The notes under the pieces were generated by a model that worked only from the letters and a program-made list of their open reading frames with translations, made no database searches and was not told where the DNA came from. 64,000 nucleotides of DNA, taken from the NCBI GenBank assembly GCA_028280285.1, contig JANQMA010000026.1:64822-128821 (forward strand). Direction: 5' to 3'. Below, piece by piece: positions 38,825 to 47,873 of this stretch (position 1 is the first letter of the stretch; every line of letters begins with the position of its first letter). The DNA is from Candidatus Omnitrophota bacterium. GTDB taxonomy: Bacteria; Omnitrophota; Gorgyraeia; Zapsychrales; Zapsychraceae. A program made the translations under genes and the position numbers.

Positions 38825-39352
38825 ATGCCATCAACAAAGTTGGTCGCAGGGGCGGCGTTTCCTGAGATAAAAGTAAAAAGTTTAGAAGGTGAGGACATGG
38901 AGTTCGGCAAACCAAGGGGCGATGCGGATTGGCGGATGGCCATTGTGTATCGCGGACGGCATTGTCCTTTATGCACAAAGTTCCTTAATAAGCTTGACGG
39001 GTATATCAAGCGGCTTTTGGATGTGGGCATTGCGTTGGATATTGTCTCCGGTGATAGCAAAGAGCAGCTTGAGGAGCATTTGACGCGTCTTGAGGTGAGC
39101 TTCCCTATATACTATGGATTAACCGTTGAGCAAATGAAAATATTGGGTCTTTATATTTCTCATCCACGATCGGAAAAGGAAACAGATCATCCCTTTGCCG
39201 AACCGGGTATGTTTATTCTCAATGAGAAGGGCACATTGCAAGCCGTTGATATTTCTAACAATCCTTGGGCCCGTCCTGATCTGGAGGTTATGGTCTCAGG
39301 GCTGGAATGGATCCGTAGTAATAATTACCCTATTCGTGGGACGTATGAGTAA
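38825..39352 (+). CDS. AhpC/TSA peroxiredoxin-like redoxin
   Basis: YRGRHCPLC, FAEPG, NYPIRGT. Confidence 0.88.
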   Translation: MPSTKLVAGAAFPEIKVKSLEGEDMEFGKPRGDADWRMAIVYRGRHCPLCTKFLNKLDGYIKRLLDVGIALDIVSGDSKEQLEEHLTRLEVSFPIYYGLTVEQMKILGLYISHPRSEKETDHPFAEPGMFILNEKGTLQAVDISNNPWARPDLEVMVSGLEWIRSNNYPIRGTYE

Positions 39353-39381
39353 AAATTTCGGGGACATAATACATAATTATT
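39352..39381 (+). repeat. GGGGACA...TAATTA half-site
   Basis: aaaatttcggggacataatacataattatt; 28/30 identical to 40749-40778. Confidence 0.85.
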
Positions 39382-39385
39382 AACT

Positions 39386-39557
39386 AAGCCTGCTCCGTTC
39401 AATACTGCGTTCTACAAAATTTAAATGTTTGCATGTTTAAATTTTGCAGTACTCGTGTTGAACTCCGCAGGTAAATTCGTTGTAACAACTTACGTTGCTC
39501 CCGCTGCATTATTACGAATGCTGGCAGCGGGATCTGCCGTAAGGTGAACACTCATTT
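39386..39557. repeat. Double-hairpin element copy 1
   Basis: First 100 nt 97% identical to 42794-42893; second hairpin bounded by taaat-tc ... tc-attta. Confidence 0.9.
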
Positions 39558-40103
39558 ATGAAGCGAGCAATTTTTCTAGACAGAGACGGAACAATCAACG
39601 AGGATGTGGGGTATTTTTGCACACGGGATAAGTGGGAATATATTCCAGGATCGATTGAAGCACTTAAAATTCTTCAGAAAGATTATGTTCTTTTTATCGT
39701 GACCAATCAATCGGGTGTGGCCCGGGGATTTTTTACAGAAGAAGAGCTTATTAAGTTTAATGGTGAAGTTGAACAGATGCTACGCAAAGAAGGCATCATT
39801 ATTCAAAAAACATATTATTGCCCGCATATGGGGGACGAAGAGCATTGCAATTGCCATAAACCGTCGCGCTTTTTTTTAGACCAAGCCAAGAAAGAGTTTA
39901 ATATCGATCTTGAAAACTCTTTTGTCATTGGCGATCATCCGCATGATGTGGAGTTTGGCCAGCAAGTCGGCGCGACGTCGATCTATGTGTTAACAGGGCA
40001 TGGTGAGAAACACAAAGACGAGCTCACCGACATTGATCCACCGGACTTCATCGCCAAAAATTTGTACGAAGCAACAATGTGGATAAATAATCAAAGGAGT
40101 TAA
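39558..40103 (+). CDS. HAD-IIIA phosphatase, GmhB/HisB-N-like
   Basis: FLDRDGTIN, TNQSG, CPH...CNCHKP, IGD. Confidence 0.9.
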   Translation: MKRAIFLDRDGTINEDVGYFCTRDKWEYIPGSIEALKILQKDYVLFIVTNQSGVARGFFTEEELIKFNGEVEQMLRKEGIIIQKTYYCPHMGDEEHCNCHKPSRFFLDQAKKEFNIDLENSFVIGDHPHDVEFGQQVGATSIYVLTGHGEKHKDELTDIDPPDFIAKNLYEATMWINNQRS

Positions 40104-40105
40104 TT

Positions 40106-40750
40106 ATGTTATCGTTTTCTAAAACAAATAGTTTTTTTGCAAGCACATTATTTATCTTGCTAATTCTTTTAACCGCTTGTGGCACGCAGGCATCCAGCGA
40201 TGTCAATTTATCGGCATCCGCTCTTCAAAAAGGAGTGGGGCTTGTTAAGTGGGGCGCTGATCCAGAAAAGTTGGATAAACTACAAGCGATTCAAAAAGAT
40301 GTTGTATTGAACTTCGGCGGTGTTAATCCGTTTGATGCCTTTGAGCAACAATCCGACATTAAGGTATATCAACATCCTGATGCGCCGATTCAATTAGGTA
40401 AACAAGTTATTGAAGAAGTAAAGTATTACGCACGGGACGGTAAAGGGATTGTGGCCGCACGCATTATTTTGGCGGATAAACCTCACAAGGCGGATCCGTT
40501 TCTTTTAAAGGGGCTGGATAAGGAGACGATCGCAAATTTAGTTTTAAGGGGGTATCCTTTTTATGAACTGATTAATAAATCTGCGACACTGCTTAATGAA
40601 AATTTTAACTCACCGACAGGTTATCCTTGGTTTCTATGGGGTGTTGGCGGCACTAAAGAGAAGCCGAACGTAACCATCATGGCTGGTAATTGGCGCGGTT
40701 CGGAAAGTTTGGATAATAAATATGTGCTTCATATTTACAAGGTAGAATAA
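40106..40750 (+). CDS. Hypothetical lipoprotein
   Basis: Signal peptide with LTAC lipobox. Confidence 0.7.
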   Translation: MLSFSKTNSFFASTLFILLILLTACGTQASSDVNLSASALQKGVGLVKWGADPEKLDKLQAIQKDVVLNFGGVNPFDAFEQQSDIKVYQHPDAPIQLGKQVIEEVKYYARDGKGIVAARIILADKPHKADPFLLKGLDKETIANLVLRGYPFYELINKSATLLNENFNSPTGYPWFLWGVGGTKEKPNVTIMAGNWRGSESLDNKYVLHIYKVE

Positions 40751-40778
40751 AATTTCGAGGACATAATACATAACTATT
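40749..40778 (+). repeat. GGGGACA...TAATTA half-site
   Basis: aaaatttcgaggacataatacataactatt starting in the stop codon. Confidence 0.85.
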
Positions 40779-40811
40779 TTGAAATAGAAAATTTAATTGG
40801 AGGAGAGAACA

Positions 40812-41624
40812 ATGGCACAAACAATTTTTATTACAGGTTCATCAACCGGGATTGGCCGCGCAACAGCGAAACTGTTTCACCAAAATGGCTGGAATGTGGT
40901 GGCCACCATGCGCAGCCCTGAAAAAGAAGAAGAACTTAAGGCGCTGGATAATGTGCTGGTCACACAATTAGATGTGTTGGATCAAGCTTCCATTGACGCT
41001 GCGGTTAAAGTAGCCGTTGATCAATTCGGCCAAATTGATGTATTGCTTAACAATGCCGGTTACGGCATCATGGGTCCGATGGAAACACTGGATGATGCGC
41101 TCATCCGTCGGCAATTTGACGTGAATTATTTTGGCGTCATCGATTGCATGAAGGCTGTTTTGCCGCATATGCGTCAAAGAAAAAAGGGAATGATCATTAA
41201 TGTTTCTTCGATCGGCGGACTTGTGGCGTACCCTTATTTGACGATTTATAATTCAACCAAGTTTGCGCTTGAGTGTTTGACCGAAGGGGCGCAATACGAA
41301 TTAAATCCACTTGGGATTAAACTGAAATTGATTGAACCGGGTGCGATTAAAACGCAGTTTGGCGGTTCGATGCAGCTTAGTGAGACAGGCGCCATTGAAG
41401 ATTACAAACCAGGTTTTGGGACCATGGTCAGTAAACTGGAAGGCATGCTGGATAATGCCTCATCGCCTGAACTTGTTGCCGATGTGATTTGGCAGGCGGC
41501 CACCGATGGCACCGATCAGGTGCGTTATCTGGCCGGTCAAGATGCGGTAGATAACTGGGCTACGCGCAGACAAATGGAAGATGCGGCATTTAAAAATATG
41601 TTTGTCGAGCAGTTGGGGCTTTGA
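40812..41624 (+). CDS. Short-chain dehydrogenase/reductase
   Basis: TGSSTGIG, NNAG, YNSTK. Confidence 0.94.
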   Translation: MAQTIFITGSSTGIGRATAKLFHQNGWNVVATMRSPEKEEELKALDNVLVTQLDVLDQASIDAAVKVAVDQFGQIDVLLNNAGYGIMGPMETLDDALIRRQFDVNYFGVIDCMKAVLPHMRQRKKGMIINVSSIGGLVAYPYLTIYNSTKFALECLTEGAQYELNPLGIKLKLIEPGAIKTQFGGSMQLSETGAIEDYKPGFGTMVSKLEGMLDNASSPELVADVIWQAATDGTDQVRYLAGQDAVDNWATRRQMEDAAFKNMFVEQLGL

Positions 41625-41630
41625 TACATA

Positions 41631-42224
41631 GTGTCAGATCCAAGAAAAATAGTGAAAGCAACACCAAATGATTGTGAAGCATTGGCGAAAGCGATGAGCC
41701 GTGCATTTATCAATGAGCCGTATTGCCGGTGGCTTTTTCCGTCGGATAAAGACTGGATTAATCGATCTGAACAATTTTTTACGTATGATCTTAAACATGG
41801 TCTGCGTTATGGGAATCTTTCTAAAACCGAAGATAATGGTGCGGCGATGCAATGGGCGTTTGTAGGTCAAAACGAAGAGAAAAATAACTGGAGCGATTTT
41901 GAATATTTGTGGCATACCTTTTTGCAGTTTGGTCTAAGGACGCGTGATATATATCGCGTCTTTGATTTGTTTAAAAAACATATGCCTGACGCACCGTTTG
42001 TTTACATAGAATTTCTCGGCGTTGATCCTGACAAACAGGGTCGGGGCTATGGTAAGGCGATGATCGAGTACGCGATCGCAGAATCAACAAAAAACAATTG
42101 TCCGGTTTATCTGGAAACATGCGACGAAAAAACGGTTCGGTTTTATGAAAAGCTTGGTTTTTCTGTCAGTAATCAATTTGATTTTGCGCCGGGGGCAAAA
42201 GCCTTTTGTATGATTCGCAGATAA
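41631..42224 (+). CDS. GNAT N-acetyltransferase
   Basis: LGVDPDKQGRGYG, YLET, FYEKLGF. Confidence 0.9.
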   Translation: MSDPRKIVKATPNDCEALAKAMSRAFINEPYCRWLFPSDKDWINRSEQFFTYDLKHGLRYGNLSKTEDNGAAMQWAFVGQNEEKNNWSDFEYLWHTFLQFGLRTRDIYRVFDLFKKHMPDAPFVYIEFLGVDPDKQGRGYGKAMIEYAIAESTKNNCPVYLETCDEKTVRFYEKLGFSVSNQFDFAPGAKAFCMIRR

Positions 42225-42314
42225 CGTTGTGCGTTCATTTAATTTTTCTTGGAAAAAAGTCCGCGCATGATATACTCCTAGTAAAGAAGATTTTGTCCAT
42301 TAAAGGGAACAGTT

Positions 42315-42515
42315 ATGATTAAAATACGTGATATAGAAAAAGCGGTGTCAAGTCTACCCAAAAAAGATTTTATGAAATTTCGTGCATGGTTTCATAAATT
42401 CGATGCGCTTAAATGGGATGAGCAGTTGAAAAAAGACGTCCACAGCGGTAAGCTGGACAAGCTTGCTGAAAGTGCGCTCAAAGATTTCAAAGATGGTAAA
42501 TGCAAAGAATTATGA
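42315..42515 (+). CDS. Putative antitoxin
   Basis: 66 aa with WDEQL..D..SGKLDKLA..AL pattern; ATGA overlap with downstream toxin. Confidence 0.75.
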   Translation: MIKIRDIEKAVSSLPKKDFMKFRAWFHKFDALKWDEQLKKDVHSGKLDKLAESALKDFKDGKCKEL

Positions 42516-42766
42516 AGCATTTAACCAGTCCTTCTTTTTGGAAATGTTACGAACGCCTGCCTTCATCTATTCGGAAAATAGCTGACAAAAATTTTACTTT
42601 ACTTAAGAAGAACGCAAAACACCCTTCACTTTATTTTAAGAAGATCGGCAAGTATCGTTCAGTTAGAATTGGCACCCGTCATCGAGCACTTGCGGTTGAG
42701 AATGATAAGGATTTACTCTGGTTCTGGATTGGCTCGCATGCGGATTACGATAAGCTCGTTAAATAA
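42512..42766 (+). CDS. ParE/RelE-like toxin
   Basis: FWKCY..LP, HPSLYFKK, SVRIG..HRAL, WFWIGSHADYD. Confidence 0.82.
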   Translation: MKHLTSPSFWKCYERLPSSIRKIADKNFTLLKKNAKHPSLYFKKIGKYRSVRIGTRHRALAVENDKDLLWFWIGSHADYDKLVK

Positions 42767-42793
42767 TAGAGGGCGGCACCCCGTTTAATTAAA

Positions 42794-42939
42794 AAGCCTG
42801 CTCCGTTCAATACTGCGTTCTACAAAATTTAAATGTTTGCACGTTTAAATTTTGTAGTACTCGTGTTGAACTCCGCAGGTAAATTCATTGTAAGACTTAT
42901 GTTCAGCGCTGTGCGCTTCCATAAGTCTAACATTCATTT
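42794..42939. repeat. Double-hairpin element copy 2
   Basis: Near-identical first hairpin to 39386; second hairpin agacttatg/cataagtct with agcgc/gcgct apex. Confidence 0.9.
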
Positions 42940-43572
42940 ATGAAATCTACTTCAGAAAAATTTTGGAATAAGACGGCCCGCAAGTACGCCAAGGATCCGA
43001 TTAAGGATATGGCGGGCTATGAAAAGACACTCGCAGATACGAAAAAATATCTAGGCGCGGATAAGTGTGTACTTGAATTCGGCTGCGGGACCGGGATGAC
43101 GGCCCTTAAACTTGCGACGTACACAAAGGAATATACAGCGACGGACATCTCCACGGAGATGATTACCATTGCCAACGAAAGAAAGGCTGCCGAAAAGGCA
43201 GATAATCTGCATTTTGTTAAAGGCACATTAGATGATGCCTCGCTTAAAAAAGGCGCCTATGATGTAATTTTAGGGTATAATATTATTCACTTACTTGATG
43301 ATACAAACGCAGCGCTCAAACGCATCCATGCGCTGCTTAAGCCGGGGGGAGTTTTTATTTCCAAAACACCCTGCCTGCGCGAGAAAAGTTGGTTCTGGCC
43401 GATCGCCGCGCCAATTGTCGCCGCCGTCCTCGGCGTTGGTACGATCAAAAGTTTTACAGTCGCTCAATTAGAAGAAATTATAATATCCCAAGGTTTTCAT
43501 ATCATCGACCGTCACCTCTACTCATCCACAATGTCTAGACCTTTTTGGGTTGCGAAGAAATCCTCTATTTGA
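42940..43572 (+). CDS. Class I SAM-dependent methyltransferase
   Basis: VLEFGCGTG, DIS.EM, LLKPGG. Confidence 0.9.
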   Translation: MKSTSEKFWNKTARKYAKDPIKDMAGYEKTLADTKKYLGADKCVLEFGCGTGMTALKLATYTKEYTATDISTEMITIANERKAAEKADNLHFVKGTLDDASLKKGAYDVILGYNIIHLLDDTNAALKRIHALLKPGGVFISKTPCLREKSWFWPIAAPIVAAVLGVGTIKSFTVAQLEEIIISQGFHIIDRHLYSSTMSRPFWVAKKSSI

Positions 43573-43601
43573 GCCTATTCAACTGCCGCACTTGAATTGG
43601 C
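43573..43601. repeat. GCCTATTCAACTG palindrome copy 3 (degenerate)
   Basis: gcctattcaactgccgcacttgaattggc directly after the stop codon. Confidence 0.8.
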
Positions 43602-43626
43602 ATCTTTATTCTGCTAGGATAGGTCC

Positions 43627-44919
43627 ATGCAATTTTACACGGATCTGCATTTGCATTCCCATTATTCCCGCGCGACGAGTAAGAACTTAAATCTGGAACA
43701 TCTTAATCTCTGGGGACAGCTCAAAGGCATTAACATTGTCGGCACCGGAGATTTTACTCATCCGGCCTGGTTTAAAGAGCTTCAGGAAAAGCTCGAGCCT
43801 GCCGAAGAGGGATTATTCAAACTTAAAAAAGAGTATCAAGAAATCGCCAAAAAAGAACTCCCCGCAGCGTGCAAGGGTGAGCTACGCTTTATGCTCACCG
43901 TTGAGATTTCTAATATTTATAAACGGCTTGATCGTGTGCGCAAGGTCCATAATGTGGTCTTTGCGCCGAGCTTTGAGGCGGCTGGAAAAATTAGAGACAG
44001 GTTGGATAAGATCGGCAATCTCAATGCCGATGGACGGCCGATTCTGGGACTCGACTCCCGCGATCTTTTGGAAATCGTACTTGAATCCGATCCGCTGAGC
44101 TATCTTGTGCCGGCGCATATCTGGACGCCGTGGTTCTCGGCCATGGGATCCAAAAGCGGATTTGATCGGATGACTGATTGCTTTGGGGATTTAAGCGATC
44201 ATATCTTTGCGGTTGAGACAGGGCTCTCATCCGATCCGACCATGAATTGGCGCTTAAGCCAACTGGATCCGTATGTGTTGGTCTCCAATGGGGACGCGCA
44301 TTCACCGCAAAAGCTTGCACGCGAGGCAACGATTTTTGACACCGAGATGTCCTATCCGGCGATTTATGATGCGCTGCGTAATCCGCAAACTAATAAAGGA
44401 CTCATTGGCACGGTCGAATTTTTTCCGGAAGAAGGCAAGTATCACTATGACGGCTGTCGTAATTGTCAGATGCGTATGCATCCAAAGGAAACGGTCGAGC
44501 ATAGCGGTGTTTGCCCGTCATGTGGTAAGCCGGTGACTGTCGGTGTTATGGCGCGTGTGGAAGAACTCGCCGATCATCCGGAAGGGCGCAAGGCGCCGAA
44601 CTGGCGGCCGTTTTTTAGTTTGATTCCATTGCCGGAGATTATCGGGGATTGTGTCGGCGTTGGTCCGAACAGTAAGACCGTGCAAAATCAATTCAGGACA
44701 TTATTATCGACGCTCGGTAATGAAATGTTTATTCTGCGTGATTGCCCACTTGATCACATTCAAAAAGCCGGTGGAGCACGTTTGGCGCAAGCGATTGAAC
44801 GGATGCGAAAAGGAGACGTTAACATTGCCGCTGGTTATGACGGGGAATACGGAAAGATTAAAATATTTTCTGCTGACGATGTTGTGCCTGAAGAAACAGA
44901 TCAGTTGACTTTATTTTGA
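43627..44919 (+). CDS. Endonuclease Q family PHP-domain protein
   Basis: DLHLHSHYSRATS, GTGDFTHP, PAHIWTPW, ETGLSSD, DAHS, GKYH..GC..C, CPSCG, GYDGEYG. Confidence 0.9.
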   Translation: MQFYTDLHLHSHYSRATSKNLNLEHLNLWGQLKGINIVGTGDFTHPAWFKELQEKLEPAEEGLFKLKKEYQEIAKKELPAACKGELRFMLTVEISNIYKRLDRVRKVHNVVFAPSFEAAGKIRDRLDKIGNLNADGRPILGLDSRDLLEIVLESDPLSYLVPAHIWTPWFSAMGSKSGFDRMTDCFGDLSDHIFAVETGLSSDPTMNWRLSQLDPYVLVSNGDAHSPQKLAREATIFDTEMSYPAIYDALRNPQTNKGLIGTVEFFPEEGKYHYDGCRNCQMRMHPKETVEHSGVCPSCGKPVTVGVMARVEELADHPEGRKAPNWRPFFSLIPLPEIIGDCVGVGPNSKTVQNQFRTLLSTLGNEMFILRDCPLDHIQKAGGARLAQAIERMRKGDVNIAAGYDGEYGKIKIFSADDVVPEETDQLTLF

Positions 44920-44920
44920 A

Positions 44921-45024
44921 AATAAAAAAGGCCAGGAATAATAATTCCCGGCCTTTTTCTATAGCTTAATGGCTCCCTGACTAAGATCTAATTTAAATAT
45001 ATAATAAGAATGAACTCTGAGCAA
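44921..45024 (-). ncRNA. Candidate small RNA cassette 2; hairpin 44925-44958 also reads as a bidirectional terminator
   Basis: Minus strand TTGCTC-17-TATATT then aggccgggaat/attcctggcct-T tract. Confidence 0.35.
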
Positions 45025-46533
45025 CAAAAATCTGTTCTTCACCGCGGCAGTCACTTACTCATCGTCGCCGGGCCCGGGACGGGCAAGACACACACCTTAA
45101 CTCACCGGATTGCCGCATTAGTTAAAGAGATTGCTGACAATAAACAAATCATTGCCATCACTTTCACTAATAAAGCGGCCGATGAAATGCGTACGCGCCT
45201 TGCTAAACTCATCAACGAAGATTTAAGTGAATGCATTGTCTGCGGAACCTTTCATCAGTTTTGCCTGCGGTTATTAAAAGAATATCAAGTGCACACATCA
45301 TTGCCCGACAATTTTCGTGTGGCATCCCCCGAAGAAATCCAAACATGCATTAAACAATCCTGGCCCGAGTTAACGAATAAAGAGAGAAAGGACCGGTTAA
45401 ACGCAATTTCCAATTGGAAATCATCGGTATTCACAGCAGAAGAACCTGAGACCGTCACCGAGTACAATCAATTATTAGCCAAAGAAGGTTTTCTTGATTT
45501 TGATGATGTGCTTTTACAGGCCTATTATCTTTTGCGGAATAATAAAGATGTTTTAGACAAAGTCCAATCCCAATATCCTACCATTTTTGTCGACGAGTAT
45601 CAGGATATTAATGGCATACAACATGCTTTGCTGAAAACTTTAGTTGGACCTAATAGTCATATAACAGCGATAGGGGATCCTAATCAAGCGATCTATGGCT
45701 TTCGCGGATCTGATGTGCGTTTTTTTCATAGTTTCGCCGAAGACTTTGCCGGGGCAACAGTTTTTTATTTATCTGATAATTACCGCTCATCACAAAATTT
45801 ATTGACTGCTTCAGGTCAAATGATTGCGCAAACCGCAAGTGCGCATGTTCCGGCCTTAACCGCACAACTTTATCAAGAAGGGCGTTTAACGATTTATCAG
45901 GCGCCAACAGATAAGGCCGAAGCCGAGTATGTTGTTCATCAAACCGAGAAGATGGTTGGCGGCACATCGATGTTTTCGCATGATTCAGGCCGCGTGCATA
46001 ATTTCGCTGAGTGCGAAATGAGTTTTGGGGATGTGGCCGTGCTTTACCGGCTTAACAGCCAGCGCCATGCGCTTATCAAAGCCTTTGACCGGATGGGTAT
46101 TCCCTATCAGGTATGCGCGAAGGCGAATATCGAAGAGGACGGCCTATCCGATGATGTCTGCCCGGAAAGGACAGAAGATGTTGATCTTGATCATGAGCGT
46201 GTGAGCCTCATGACTTTACATGCGTCCAAAGGACTTGAGTTTCCGGTTGTGTTTATTGTGGGCTGTGAAGAAAATTTGCTGCCGCTTGATATAGCCGGAC
46301 TGACATCGAGCAAAGAAGAAGAAAGGCGTTTGCTTTATGTCGGTATGACACGCGCTAAATCCCTGCTGTATCTTTGCCACAGCCAGAAGCGCATGCTCTT
46401 TGGTCAATCTCACCAGTCGAAACCATCAGAATTTCTGCAGGACATCGAGGAAGAACTTAAAAGTTACGATGTCGCTAAGCAAAAACCCAAACGCCCCGCC
46501 AAAAAAGAAGATTTCCAGATGACATTGTTTTAA
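45010..46533 (+). CDS. Compact UvrD/PcrA-like SF1 helicase
   Basis: AGPGTGKT, TFTNKAA, VDEYQD, GDPNQAIYGFRG, NYRS, TLHASKGLEF, YVGMTRA. Confidence 0.92.
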   Translation: MNSEQQKSVLHRGSHLLIVAGPGTGKTHTLTHRIAALVKEIADNKQIIAITFTNKAADEMRTRLAKLINEDLSECIVCGTFHQFCLRLLKEYQVHTSLPDNFRVASPEEIQTCIKQSWPELTNKERKDRLNAISNWKSSVFTAEEPETVTEYNQLLAKEGFLDFDDVLLQAYYLLRNNKDVLDKVQSQYPTIFVDEYQDINGIQHALLKTLVGPNSHITAIGDPNQAIYGFRGSDVRFFHSFAEDFAGATVFYLSDNYRSSQNLLTASGQMIAQTASAHVPALTAQLYQEGRLTIYQAPTDKAEAEYVVHQTEKMVGGTSMFSHDSGRVHNFAECEMSFGDVAVLYRLNSQRHALIKAFDRMGIPYQVCAKANIEEDGLSDDVCPERTEDVDLDHERVSLMTLHASKGLEFPVVFIVGCEENLLPLDIAGLTSSKEEERRLLYVGMTRAKSLLYLCHSQKRMLFGQSHQSKPSEFLQDIEEELKSYDVAKQKPKRPAKKEDFQMTLF

Positions 46534-46639
46534 TGGAATGCCCACTTCGGCTGGGTATATTTCATTTTAGCAAGCAGCCTCGTGGGATAACTTCGCTGTA
46601 ACAGTTTACGTTCGTCGCGGTAATAATAATTTACAAAAT

Positions 46640-46760
46640 CTGCTTTCGTAAATCACATTTTTTGCTTCGCAAAATAATGTGATTGTCTCCAGCAGTAAAT
46701 TCGCAGACGTTTCACTATAGTTTAGCTTCGCTGGCGCTTGCTAAACTATCTGCTCATTTA
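46640..46760. repeat. Double-hairpin element, diverged third member
   Basis: ctgct...ctcc-agcag then taaat-tc-gcaga...tctgc-tc-attta; stems aatcacatt/aatgtgatt and atagtttagc/gctaaactat. Confidence 0.65.
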
Positions 46761-47873
46761 TCAATTAGCAAAGTCAAACTCTATGACCAGAAGTCCTATC
46801 CCCGTAAAGATAATCGGGGCGGTCCAGGCAGAAAGCGTGGGGGGCAGCACCCCGCCTTTGCCGAGGGCAAGCGCAACGGCATTGGCGACATAATAGAGAA
46901 AACCGATGGCCATGGCAATACCAAGCGAAGTAAAGGTGGTGCCTTTGCGGTTTTTCATCATCAAAGCAAACGGCAGGCCTAACAGCACAATGACAAAATT
47001 ACCGAACGGATAAGCAATCTTTTGGTGATAATCAACACGCAGTTTGTTAAGCGCTTTGTTAGCCCCGCTGTCGGCGAAGCGTTCAATATATTGTCCCAAC
47101 TCACGGATGTTCATCGCGCGCACATTAAGACGCTGTTTAACAAAATCACGCGGGGTCTCTTTAATATCCATGAGCTTTTCATTATATACCTTAATTTTAA
47201 GAGGACTTCTTACCCCCTTTTCGCCGTACGTTGTAATCTGCGCGCGGTAAAACTTCCAGGCGATGCCGGTCCAGCGGCCTTCGAGCGCGATGATCTTTTG
47301 CACTAAATTTTGATTGTTATCGTATTCGAGAATAGTGATACCGGAGAGTTTATTTTCTTTGGCCGCGAATGTGTCGATGTAATACAACCTGTTTCTCAGT
47401 CCGTAAAAGGTGAGGTTTTTGATAATCTTTTCTTTTTTGTATTTGCGGTCGACTTCAAGGATCATGTATTGATTTTCGATTTCTTTTTGTTCGGCGGTGG
47501 CATAAGGAACAAATTTTTCATTCACCCAGAAAATAACGACGGACAGAAAAAGCGCGAAAATTAGTGCCGGCCTTACGATTTTCCAAAAGTTCATACCGCT
47601 TGCGCGCATAACAGTGATTTCATTGTGATTGCTTAAAGCGCTGTACGTTAAAAGTACAGAGATAAGACAGGCAATTGATGATGTCTGCGAGACAATATCA
47701 GGCATGGCGTAAAGATAATACTGGATGATAATCTCCAGAGGAATTTTACGGTCGATGAATTCATCCAAATGGCCCGTCGAATCAAAGAGAATAAAGAGCC
47801 CCGTAAAAATGACAAGCGTTGCGATAAACGTGGTCAAGATGGATGTTGATATGTAGCGGTCTAAGAGGCGCAT
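46761..47873 (-). CDS. lptG: LPS export ABC permease LptG
   Basis: LLDRYI, NEITVMRASG, second of a YjgP/YjgQ pair. Confidence 0.85.
   Translation of the reverse strand: MRLLDRYISTSILTTFIATLVIFTGLFILFDSTGHLDEFIDRKIPLEIIIQYYLYAMPDIVSQTSSIACLISVLLTYSALSNHNEITVMRASGMNFWKIVRPALIFALFLSVVIFWVNEKFVPYATAEQKEIENQYMILEVDRKYKKEKIIKNLTFYGLRNRLYYIDTFAAKENKLSGITILEYDNNQNLVQKIIALEGRWTGIAWKFYRAQITTYGEKGVRSPLKIKVYNEKLMDIKETPRDFVKQRLNVRAMNIRELGQYIERFADSGANKALNKLRVDYHQKIAYPFGNFVIVLLGLPFALMMKNRKGTTFTSLGIAMAIGFLYYVANAVALALGKGGVLPPTLSAWTAPIIFTGIGLLVIEFDFAN

Noticed and set aside
39386-39485. Canonical integron attC site
   Set aside because: The left core is GTTCAAT rather than RYYYAAC, spacer lengths and the extrahelical base do not fit, and no intI is present; kept only as a resemblance.
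46683-46982. 99-aa plus-strand ORF
   Set aside because: Starts in the hairpin element and runs antisense to lptG; no recognisable motifs.
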